A DNA stretch of 58,696 nucleotides, the filler included, from Platydemus manokwari (lineage: Eukaryota): assembly GCA_037951405.1 (NCBI GenBank). It is 4 parts of 4 records of this genome, joined end to end, with 100 filler letters (N's around TTAATTAATTAA, not from the genome) between each part and the next. Parts side by side here need not be neighbours in the genome. Positions count along the whole stretch, not along the records: positions 12,071 to 26,663 come from JBBMOY011435867.1; positions 26,764 to 44,789 come from JBBMOY010599993.1; 2 more parts are not named here. One strand, 5' to 3'. Positions within the stretch are counted from its first letter, which is position 1. Each line of letters opens with the position of its first letter. The notes below the pieces were generated by a model. It did not search any database, had not been told where the DNA came from, and saw only the letters and a list, made by a program, of their open reading frames with translations. The position numbers were made by a program, and so were the translations under genes. Positions 23,491 to 37,429 of the stretch are shown in pieces.

Positions 23491-24076
23491 TGAAAACAGG
23501 ATAATCACCTGCTCCGAATGAAGCATCGGACAGATGTAAGTTACCTGATACAAGAGTATCGTAATCGATAGAAGTCAACGACTCACGAGTCATCGTGTAC
23601 TCATTAAAGAACAAGTTACCCCATGCGTTCATTGGACCATCAATGGTCTTAGCCGCTTCTTGAGATAGCAACACGCCCCAGTTATTTAACCAAACACACC
23701 ACAGCAAAGCTGATTCGGTTGGATTGGTTTTAACATAGGTCTTCAGGTTTTCCAGATCTTGAATCTCGATAAACGGAACAGCAAAGTCATCGAGAATATC
23801 TTTAATACCAACACGCTTGATGTCGACGTCAACACGTGCAAAACCGGTTTTGCGCGCAGTAAAACACACGCGGGTAATTCCGTCTGGGAATGCAACAGGG
23901 TTCTCAATAATGAGGTCCCCAGCAATCAGACTGGTGTAACGTTCCCTGGCTAATTGAAGTTCATCTTCAGGACCTTCAATTTCCAGTTTAGCAATACGCT
24001 CCTTTAGGAAACGATCCACAGGAGTATAAAGCGGGTCATTAATAACCTTTTTGTTAATCTTAATCATTTCTGCCAT
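23486..24076 (-). CDS. Phage protein of 196 aa (MAEMIKINKK...), probable N-terminal virion-anchoring domain; in frame with the giant ORF
   Basis: GAGGA SD followed by ATG at 24076, a better start than the TTG at 24091. Ends at TAG 23488-23486; 23488 minus 23212 is 276 nt, exactly 92 codons. Confidence 0.8.
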   Translation of the reverse strand: MAEMIKINKKVINDPLYTPVDRFLKERIAKLEIEGPEDELQLARERYTSLIAGDLIIENPVAFPDGITRVCFTARKTGFARVDVDIKRVGIKDILDDFAVPFIEIQDLENLKTYVKTNPTESALLWCVWLNNWGVLLSQEAAKTIDGPMNAWGNLFFNEYTMTRESLTSIDYDTLVSGNLHLSDASFGAGDYPVFI

Positions 24077-24153
24077 TAGCAGGTTCCTCAATTGTATTAT
24101 TAGATTCTAAAGGTTTATTGGTCAATCAAAGGATTCCAAACTCTAGTGATTAT

Positions 24154-24188
24154 AAAGAGAACCCAGGTTTCCCCAGGTTCTCTTTTTT
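24154..24188 (-). terminator. Rho-independent terminator, possibly bidirectional
   Basis: Minus strand AAAGAGAACCTGGG-GAAA-CCTGGGTTCTCTTT: long stem with two G-U pairs and a GNRA loop, directly after the TAA of the 820-aa ORF; T6 run follows on the plus strand. Confidence 0.8.
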
Positions 24189-24189
24189 A

Positions 24190-26663
24190 TTAAGCTTTAA
24201 TCACAAGCGGATAATAGTTTACATCAGGAGTAGGGAAACGGAACTTAGCATCTGCAAAATAATCTTTGCCAGGAGCGTAATCCGCTTTCACAGTAACCTG
24301 ACCAATACCAGTTGTGTGGTCATAATCCAAAGCTATTTCACGAGCAACGATATTGACATTATGTTTCCAATAATCATCAATGCGAATAGTTTTAGGAATA
24401 CCATCAGAAGCGTCACGGAAGATCCACTGATAGATTAACTGACCATCTTTGAAGTAATGGTTAAGATATGTCGCTGCAGCCTTAGGAGCACGCCAGCGAG
24501 GTCCTGTGTTAACCTTTAAGGTTTCCAGTGTTCCTTCCATCTCACATTCGAATGTTTCAGCGAAAGTAGAAGGACGGTCAACATCCACAAAAGGAACCAG
24601 ATAAGTAATCTTACCCTGAACCGGATCATACTTAAATCCATCAACCTTTGTAGTTGGGGTTAATGATTTTGGATAAGCTCGGTTAGAATCGATGAGATGT
24701 GTGATCTGAATCTTCGTTCCTTTAGTTTCATAGCCGATATAAACAGCTTTGATGTTCAAGGGAGCTGGCTCAAAATGTTTAACGACCACCATTTCAGTGA
24801 CCACTTCCTCACCTTTGGTTATAGAAAGGACCGGCATGATTTTGTAATTCGTACCGACTAATCCAGGTTCCACACATTTATTAGTTAATGTGATAATCCC
24901 ATCTTTGGAATTATAAATGGAAGAAGACTTACTCAACCCAGGACCTAGTAGTTCATCGATCACTTCAACTTTATCAGGAACATCGCCATTCTTCAAACGA
25001 ACGGAAATATTAGTGACTAAGTTTTTGTTGAGATAAACGGTATCCTTAATGACAGGTTCAACCGGAAAGTAATCAGATCCAATCTCCAACGTGGTGGAGA
25101 AGTCATATTGACGTTCTGTACGATAACCAGGTAATTCCAGTTTACCTGTGATAACATGAGTCTCTTTGAATCCAGTAGCTGAGCAAGCTGCCTTAATAAC
25201 AAGAACGCCTTTACTCCAAACGTCTTTGTAATTATTCAGCGGTTTGCCGTTCAACATCAAGGAATTAGAAACAACGCGTACATTGGCCGGAATGGAATCA
25301 TCCAGGAAACGAGGAGATAACAATACAGTATCGATCCCGTTATTATGGGTATGACTTTCTACTGTCAGATCAAGCTCATCACCTTCTTCTGGCAATGGAA
25401 TGAAATCGGTTCCTTCGATACGAACTGGAAGTCTACGAATAACATCGGTCACAATGTTTACCGTGCCCAGCACAACAAGATCAACTGAAGCTTCTTCTGG
25501 CGCTACTAATGGGAAGTGACCAGATACGATACCTGGATCTTCATTGGTGTGTTGCGCGAGTGTCAGTCCTGAAGGATGTTTATTTACCAACACCTGAAGA
25601 CCAGAACAATCCACATCAACCACTTTGTCTTTAGACAGTACCAGGAACTTATAACCGGAATGCAATCCATCAATACGGTTAATTGATTCACTCCAAATCG
25701 TTACTGGGTTCACAACACGTTTGATGATGTATGGAACTTTCTTACCATCAAAAACAAAGTGCCCACGAATATCGTAACGAGTGGTGTTGGTAGGGTAATC
25801 ATCGATTTCCCACTCTACCTGGAACTCATCTTTATTAGGCAAGTATGTAACCTTAGGACGGGTATTCCCTTTAACACCTAAAGCCAGATCTGCTCTACCC
25901 TGATCGAAGTATTTCAACTGGTAGTCTTTAACACCTTTTTGACTGGCTTTGAAATGTCCAATCAAGTGGTTGCCATTAATGATCACATTAAGCAACTCTA
26001 CTGAATAATCAGCTTGGTGAGTGTAACTAAGAGATAAAGAGTGAGTTGACTCAGGATTATTATCAGGCAGAGCTTTAGTAGAAAGTTCATAATCGAGCTT
26101 ACCTTCTGCTACCGTGTTGACACGGATACCAAATTCATAGATACCAGATGCTGGATCATAACTTGGTTCGATTAACTCAGGAATGCCCGATGGTAAATTG
26201 GTCCCAGTCGTCAAAGGTGATTTCAGCTCAAACTGAAGAGGACGTTTTCCTGATAACGTGTAACGGACATCCAAAGCCACATTAAGAACTTTGCCCTTTA
26301 ATGCAAGACTAACAACTTTAGTGTCAACGTTACGAATTGCAGGTAACTCTGAGTCATACGTGATTTCGGTCTGTGCTTTACCGGTTGATCCCGTGACGGT
26401 CAGCCCTACATTGGCAATCAGCTCGGCATCTTCAGCCAGGAAGTCAGCAATGAAATAACCACCGTAACTGTGGTAATGTTGATGAATTGGTGTTGCTTGC
26501 GCAATGCCTTTCAGGTTTGTTGCTTTACCGATTTCAAACTTATCTGGGATCTTACCATTGGCACGGACAACTTTCCCAGTTAAGCTAAACATCCAGTCTT
26601 GCCAAACAGCTTGTACATTGGTTACAACAGGCGGAAGTTCTTCACATCCCAATTCACCAGAGT
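24190..26663 (-). CDS. Phage beta-repeat structural protein (over 820 aa), 5'-truncated at the contig edge
   Basis: Frame is open up to the gap (TCT GGT GAA precede the TTG at 26652). Roughly 100-aa repeats with xxGxxP and YDxxxG motifs. TAA stop followed by the terminator. Confidence 0.8.
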
Positions 26664-26763
26664 NNNNNNNNNNNNNNNNNNNNNNNNNNNNNNNNNNNNN
26701 NNNNNNNTTAATTAATTAANNNNNNNNNNNNNNNNNNNNNNNNNNNNNNNNNNNNNNNNNNNN
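26664..26763. other. Artificial contig linker N44-TTAATTAATTAA-N44
   Basis: Same 100-nt structure as 11971-12070. Confidence 0.97.
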
Positions 26764-28135
26764 GTTAATGATTTGCTACAGCACACACACAAGTGTTTAC
26801 ATCTGGTGTCAAATTCCGGTTATTAAGTTATAGACCCAATTCAATAGATTATAGATCATAAGTGTTCTGTTGGTAAGTAACGAATTGTTTGGAAAGTAGT
26901 TGAAGCTATTTTTATCAGCTCTCATAAACGATCTGAACACAGGTGTAACATGCAACTGCTTGTGTCTCAGTCACTACAAAAGATGAGTTAGTTAATCAAT
27001 ATAACGGAGTGATGTTATGGATGTATTATTAGTTCAATCTGCAGTAGGTATAGTGTTATAGTTGCTGAATATGATGTGTTTTTGTTGTTTGAATAACATC
27101 TTGTTCTAGGGTTGTAATGCTATTAGTTTATTAACAATTATATTTACAATAAGATTATTTGGGTCTATATCTATCTTCCAACAATTGTATGACAGAAAGA
27201 GAAAATTATACTGGAATGACAATCGTTAATTTAGTTCCCATACATTCATATTATTTATAAATTTTATAATCTGTTATTACTTTTTTTAAATATTGTGGTC
27301 TGAATGTGTTGCGCAAAAGTTTTTGTATTACATTTTAAGGATTATTAGTTTCTGTGAGTTTGTTAAAAAGTAAGAGAAAAAATTGTTGAAATTCTATCCT
27401 TCGATACGGTAACAGTGCTATCCTATTTAGCATTTGTAAATATCTGTTCATATGACTACTTCATGATTAAATATTTGCAAAAAAAACTATTTCGACCACT
27501 TAGATTTAAATCAGATATTTTACGATTTAAAACGAACTTTTTAAAAATTTATAATACATATTATGCTATAATCTTAAAAGTTAATTTTTGAATTTTTATT
27601 CTTTGAATATTGAATCATAAATACACATCAACGTCTTAGTAGTAATTTATACAATATCGTAAAATAGCATTTTATAAAATTTTATGTCTTTATCAATCAA
27701 ATCAATAATCAAGTCAATAAAGTTCACGATTTGAATTGAGTCATCTTTACAGCAATTCAAACTTGTATTCATAATTTTAAATCGTTGCTTATATTCAGAT
27801 GATTATATTTGGTTTTGATTTCATTGGAGTAAATACACAACATAATTTATAATTAAAGCGTTTTATAAAATTTGATTTGATCACCTGATACCTGCGATAG
27901 TTGATTGAAGTTGTAGGCCTTGTTTATAATTAAGATCTTATGTAATATATGCCACCAAATTACAATTTTCTTACATAATAATTTCTTATATAATTATAAA
28001 AAATCGATAGTCAACTTAACCCATTGGATTCCCTTTAATGAGAAATATCAAAAATGTAATTGGGTATATTCTAGGTAACAACCAAGATTTCAACATGTTC
28101 ATTATTTTACTTGTTCAAATACAACTCATTTTACT

Positions 28136-29335
28136 ATGCCCAAAATCACAAAGAGTGACAGACTCAAAATTGCTGTAATGATTAGCCATTATCCAGCAAA
28201 TTTCAGGGTCATACCAAAAATAAAACTCTACTGTCTACACTGCTATACTATCTTGAAGTACGAAAAACAATTTTTCCTTGACAAACATTGTGGTACTAAT
28301 AAACAAAAAAGCTCATTTCAACATCGTCCCGATGTATATCAACACTTTATTCATCATTTAGTAAATGACTACTCAAAGAGAGTGGTACAAACTTTCCTAG
28401 TAGCAGACATTCCCTTATGGAAACTGAAGAATTTACAACTTTGATTGCTTTTGGAGTTTACGGGCATCCCTTTCTATCGGATGAAACATGAAAATTCAAT
28501 CTGTTTGAGTTGTATAATAAGATGTCACCTATGAAGTCCATTATGTCTGGTCAATTACTTTTTATGATAGCAGACGAATCAGAAGTTGCTGACATAAAAT
28601 ACATGAATATACTGGTAGGTATTCTTCAAAATTCACACAAATCCTAAGTACTAGAATGTCTACTACTTCAGGGTTCTGATGATACACTAGCATTTCTATA
28701 CGGTGTTTATGACGCTATATCAACTCTTATTTGTCCACATGAAGACTTCTGTCTCTTGATAACAGACGATGAAACTTATATGATATATGTTGAAAGATTC
28801 TACATTTGTTGTATTTCATTTTATTCCACATTATCTGTTTGGCTCATCTATTGCACAATTGTGCGATGAAAGTGCGCGATACAATGTTCATTCAAACAAT
28901 CTTAACGCCTAGCTATAAGCTGTTAAGACGCCTATTTGACGCAATTTGACCTTCATTAGTTCTGATTTTGACTTGATGAACCTCTTGGTTTGACGCAGAA
29001 TTATACTACACTCGAAATCTATGTCAGGTGAGACAGATTATTAGAGAAATTGATGGTTCAACATATCGCTGAGATATAACAGCACTACCATCAACTGTCC
29101 ACCTATAATTAAATTGCAGGTGTTGCATATTTTTCTGCCATAGACTATAATGCATTATTGTGAGACATTAGTACCTAGATAAAGAAATAGTTAAATTTCA
29201 ACGAAATCATGTCTATTGCGTATTGCAACCGAGAAGAAATTTCTGTTTTGGTGTACAGCCACTTCAACTGAAGTAGAACGCATCTTTTCTATTCTGAACA
29301 AACTGCTGACCAATGTTGACATTTTCTCCCCAAAC
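28136..29335 (+). pseudogene. Degraded hAT-superfamily (CGGBP-like) transposase
   Basis: Colinear motifs across stops and frameshifts: BED-like LYCLHC...KHC, FLVADIPLWKL, MIADESE...YMNILVG, LLITDDETYM, HIICLAHLLHNCA (CxxH), TSTEVERIFSILN (hAT dimerisation motif). Confidence 0.8.
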
Positions 29336-30814
29336 ATATATGTTTAACAATGTAAAAAAATACGAGTCACAAATATATTTTGGATAACAGCCTCCTCTTT
29401 TAAATTAGAATAAAATTTATGTTTTGGTAAATCAATTTTGTTATTCTCAAAGTCAATGAAGTCCATTTTTATATTTTACAGTTCAATAAAATTGTGGCCC
29501 TGATCACGATGAATTATACTATACTCATCTATCGCTTTTCCAATTTATTAGTATGTGCCAAAAGGAAGCTTAACGATTTTACTACAATTAAGTATGTTGA
29601 TTTAAATTCACTGTACAACAAACTCCAATTAATCTGAATCCACATAATCCGGATAAAACCTCGTGAGAGGACACAACATCTCAAGATCGTATATAAAAAT
29701 ATCTGTTCAATCCAGCTTCAATAATTTCAGAACTCCGGTTCATCCGAATGAATTGGAAAGCATAATGAAAATATAAAATTATGTTAATCCGTAATTATTC
29801 TTTAAACACAAGAAGATTCTGCATAAAATAAAGGCTTAATACTTGATCAAGAAGCCACTATTCATTAGAAAGCGGGAAGGGGTATAATATTGTATATCAG
29901 TGCACACTTGAAAGATGACATCACAATGTCACAAGACACATGTTACTTGTTTCACAAAAATAAAAGTGAGTTAAACTCACTGCAACAATGAACTGAAATT
30001 CTATTAGTGATCTACAAAGGATAGTCTCAAAAATAGGTGGTAGACTATTTCAATATATGGATGTCTACTGTAGTTTACATTGTAAATAATTGTTTCTCTT
30101 GACCAATCGTGATTCGAATGCGAAACTTACTCGAGATCGTACTATTCATCTTGAGGTCATCTATGATCCTTTCCTTTAGTAGCCTTCCCACTAAAGAAAA
30201 CAAAGCATATTCTACTTGTAAGCGACATTCGATTTCTAAGCCTTCAGTCGCGTCGGGATATATTAGACGAATCTGCACTGTAAAAGCTCCACTAAAAAAT
30301 AACTAATAATTTTTTGTGAATAAATCTGATCGTGTATCAATTTCACATTGAGGATTTAATCATTGTGATTCTCTTATTAGGATCCTGACGAATACTGGTA
30401 TTTATAATTTACAATAATTCGCCAGATCATTATGAACTATTATTGTACACCAACAAACATCAACATGTTTAAGTACATTCTATAATTAAAGCCACTGTCT
30501 CCACTATTGTGATAATCTAATAAAATCAATTAAAATTAGTAATCTTGATAAAATCAAAACTAAATAAAAAATTTATTGATCAAATAACACCGGAAAGATA
30601 TTCTAAGTATAAATCTTTAATTTAAAAGAACTATAGGTATGATATAAAAGTTCACACGAATAACCTATTCCAGAGATGAACAAATAAGTCCAGAATGTAT
30701 GTTTAATCAATACAATGGACAAAAATTAATGTTAACTATTTTGTTATTCTAAAAGGGGATGAATTTCAAGAGACAATAATTAATCTAAAATTAAAAATTA
30801 GGTTCTCGAAATCG

Positions 30815-33223
<2,409 letters not shown>

Positions 33224-36200
33224 ACGTGATTAATACAAATTGTGATAAATAATTGTAAATTATTTAAACAATAGAGAAATGAAATAAAACAAAACAATAA
33301 TTAATTGATGACATAATTGACTTTTTAATAAATACTTAGCAATCTTAATAAGATATTAAAATTTTTGATGGAATAGTTGTATTATTATCTAAAAAAAATT
33401 AAAATCAATATCAATTGTTTTTAGTATAAATACTTCCTGCTTTATATTTTTAAAAATTACACTTTATATTATTAATATCTATATCAGCATTGAATATCGT
33501 TTGATATATTATCAATCAGAATGAATACTGGTCTTGATTTTACGCATTACTTGAAAAATTACATGAACTTTTCGTTTATTTTGTTAAAATAATAAAAGTA
33601 AGAATGACCTAGAAAAATATTTCTATAAATAAATTCCTGATTTTATAGCATGATTTAATAATGTATCTCAATAAAAGTATTCACAGTTGAAGATCACATC
33701 CACCTGAAAAATATAAATTAAAAATTGTAATAAAGTTGAAATTCTCTAATATTGTATTTCCACATTTTACTTAGATTTCCAGAGTTGAATTTCAATTACA
33801 AAAATCAAGATAGAGATTTCGTCAAAATAAGTTGTATAAGTTTTGTGAGAATATTTCTTGTTGATTTTAGGTATTGAGACTTAATTTTTTGTCAATATAC
33901 TTCATTCATGTGTTAATGAGATGTTTCATTTTCCTATTTAATCATCCAATAAATACAACAAAATATCGAGAAATAAAAAATTGAAATTTTTTAAAATCAT
34001 AAATAACTTGAAAAAAATATAAAAATAACGTTGTATGATGAAATTAAATAAATGCTTCCATATATTTGGAAACTTTTGCAGAGAAGAGAATTTGGATTAA
34101 ATAAATAATATATTTAATTCAATTACTATTCAAGTTTAATCAGTAAATTAGTAGAAATTTTATTTCAAAATTTTTCCAATAAAAATAATTTATTATTTTG
34201 CTATTGAAAAATTAAAGTATGTAAATGTTTAACAGCAATTAATAAGAAACAAATCGAAAATACAGCGAGATTTTTTTAAATTGGAATGTCTAAATTTATA
34301 TACTCAATGATATTTGACAGGAGAGTGATTGAGATATTTTTTGCTATATTTGGAAATCAAGTGGCTATCGACGTTCATTAAAATTCTTTCTTAACTATTC
34401 ATTAAAAATGATTTGTTTACTGGAAGAATATAAGAAAATAATAGTAATTAACCTTATCTTGTTTTTCCTAAGTTTAACTTTGCTTGATAAAGCTAAAAGT
34501 GAAGAAAATGATACAATAATGTTAAACGAGGTTTTACATCAAAGCAATTTATTTTAATTTATTGCTAGAAATTATTATTTTAAACTGATATTAAAATTTT
34601 ATTTCATCTACATCGGCATTTCTAATCTCTACTACTCGTAATACTTTCACGAACTGAAACACAACCAATGTCAGTTTAGTAGATGCCTCACCAACCGTGC
34701 TATATAATCGATTTATTTTTCAGTAATAGATAAGCTAATAATTGAAGTCAAACATTTTTTACTTTTATGTACGCCCTGGAGAACTATAACAATAATATTA
34801 AACTTAGGATTAATAGTCACTTTTACTAACACTCACTTAATAGTCACTTATGATAGGTTTATTTTATCTTCCTAAGAAATAAAAATTATGGTAAAAATTT
34901 GAGCTTTGATTTAAATGTACGATCGTGGTTAATGCAATAATTTTAACCGTATCTCATAATTATTTAATTTCAGTGAAGAAACATTAGCACAGAAATCAGA
35001 GTAATGTAATTGTTTTGCATTACGTCATCTATAAAAACAACATAATTTCGTTAATTATTTCAAATTCGTTAATATTTTAATTATTTAGTTTTAAATATTG
35101 ATATTGATTAATTATCGGAAATAGTGATTATAATGAAATATCAAACTGTACATTAATTACTAGAAGGTGTAATCATAATAATTATCATTAATAATTATTG
35201 AAATTTAATTATAAATATCATCTAGATATTGTGAAAATTAAATAAACCTGTCAATATTTATGCAGTGCTAGTCTGTTATGGAGTATTTTTATTTGTAATA
35301 TCAGATACCATTGTATAATAAATAAAAGGCTTTATCAGCAATCGTGCTCGGTACTTAATTTATGGTGTTCGGTTTAATATATTATACCAAATCCTTTGAG
35401 ACACGTGTTTCGTATTCTCTAATTCTTTAATTCTGTAGATTTCTTAATAACTGCTAATAAGTTAGTCTCGCGCCTTTTAGAATGCCACACAATTTCTAAA
35501 TACAAGTAATATCTATACACAACATCAATCGGTGAATTAAATATCAACATGATCGAGATGAACTGATGGAAAACGCGAGTAAAAGCAGTAATATCATTAT
35601 ACACCTCTCGTTGAGAGTATCATGTAGTACAAGAAAGAGTACAAAGTCTCAATTCTCGCAATCATGACCGAATCACTAATGTCAGTTCGTTACTACATTT
35701 TGAGTAATTGGAATTCCAGATATTCCCAATATTAAACATACATAATTCTGTTAGAGTCTGGCTTCGTATTGATGCGTAAACCAAAGTAATCGGGGGGACA
35801 AATCTCCAAATTTATTAACGTGTTTGAGAAATATTGGTCTTTGTGTTAATTGCTCTAAATAACACTCTTACCTGTCATTCCTCTTCGAGTCTCTGGCATA
35901 ACGGAAATCAATGCTTACAATTTAATAAGTCAGTCTTAAACACTCGATTCAAGTAACAAGATATTTTGTACTATTAATAACATGGTATAGTTTTGAATGT
36001 ACTGCTCAGACTAAAAATGTACAGTGTAATAACATCCGAAAATTTAAAAAAATTTCAATTTGGTGAAGAAAGAGAAAATCTTAAATTAAATCGACTTTAA
36101 TAATTAGAAGATAAAAGGGAATCGATGAATCCACTATCAAAAATGAATGAAAATATTAGGAACAATATAACTTCTAAAGCTTTATCAAATTCATATTGTT

Positions 36201-37201
36201 TATTGATAGTTTTGTTCACGTTGAAGTAATATGCAACTACAACAAGACTAAGAAACCGGTATATCAATTGCTTATAAATTTATTTATCGTTCAATAAATT
36301 TATCTTTTTAATCTTTACACAAGAAATTCAGTGGCAGAAAATATGAAAAGAAAGTACGGATGATTAGAATAGAAGGGAACTGAATAATTTGGATATCAAC
36401 ATTCAAAATAAATATCATCACCCGTGAAAGTGAATTTTACAATTGATCATTTCTAAAATAATTTTCTGTGCATTTTTTATTTCTATCAACGGAACACAAT
36501 CGAGTAGCTTTTGCTTCCGTTGGTGTCATTTTGTCAATTAAAACCTTAAGTGTAAAGCAGCTTTTGAAACTATTTCTTTGTTTGATTTATAGTAACGACT
36601 TATTCATCGAATTTGTTTTATATATCTATCTTTAGCACATAGCCTGATTTATGAAGTCTAAGATTTCAGTGAGATATATATTCATAAAGCATTAATAATT
36701 TAGTTAATTAACAATTAAAAGATTGAAATAGATGTTTTCGAAAACTAGTTAAGGTTAAATATTTTATATATAATTATCAAATCAATCCTATCATATGAAC
36801 CTGACCTGAACAATCCAAATATCAGCAAGGGGTTTATTACTGACTTAAAAGTATCTATACTTTATCGAGTCAAAAGTAAAAAGTTTTAATAATTAATAAA
36901 GTGAATACTTCATTTATCACCACTGTTTCATAAATTTCAAATAAGATATTCTTTGTGGAATCCTTAATCGAAAAATCAAGTTGTACTTGCTAATAAAAAG
37001 CAAAACAAATGTGTTTATAATGAAAATTGATAAAGTAGCATACTTTTTGAATATTATCCTTGACAACTATTTTGTATCACAGAATAAAATAGGTGTTGAT
37101 AACTCTAACACAGATTCTAATTTCATTTCAAGACATCATCTGATGAATAACTTTTTGATATCATTACAATGAAATAAACATATTCAAATGATCTTTTAGT
37201 G

Positions 37202-37429
37202 CAGGGGTCTCCAAACTTTTTCAGCAAAGGACCACATTGCTGATTTTTTAAAATTTGGAGGGCCAAAACTATGATAGGTTTACAAAAATTGTGGTTAAAA
37301 ATGAATAGTTGAAATCAATAATAAGTCATTTAAATGTTCACCAGACAACCGTGACCTGTAGCAAGATTTTTGTAATAATATTCGTGTGTTTCATAGTAAG
37401 CTTGGCGGGCCGTACTTTGGAGACCCCTG
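37202..37429. mobile_element. 228-bp hAT (Charlie-like) MITE
   Basis: Perfect 14-bp TIRs CAGGGGTCTCCAAA ... TTTGGAGACCCCTG. The 8-bp flanks TTTTAGTG and CTGTAGAT share a central TAG but match at only 4 of 8 positions. Confidence 0.8.

Larger units (their letters stand above)
12071..26663 (-). other. Bacteriophage-like contig (probable jumbo-phage virion structural/fibre gene cluster)
   Basis: Abrupt rise in GC (roughly 40-45% versus about 25% in the flanks, by eye), nearly fully coding on one strand, no introns, SD motifs, GNRA-loop terminator, multi-kb beta-rich repeat proteins; bounded on both sides by artificial linkers. Confidence 0.85.

Noticed and set aside
24095-24153. Sigma70-like promoter (TTGACC-N17-TAATAA on the minus strand) before the fibre gene
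   Set aside because: The -10 match is poor and the spacer is AT-rich, so it cannot be supported from sequence alone.
12071-26663. Genome-wide UAG=Gln (code 15) recoding of the phage
   Set aside because: Only one in-frame TAG in about 4800 codons, while CAA and CAG are common.
12999-26719. Plus-strand and alternate-frame ORFs overlapping the phage genes
   Set aside because: Shadow ORFs of long codon-biased genes, with no RBS context or protein-like composition.
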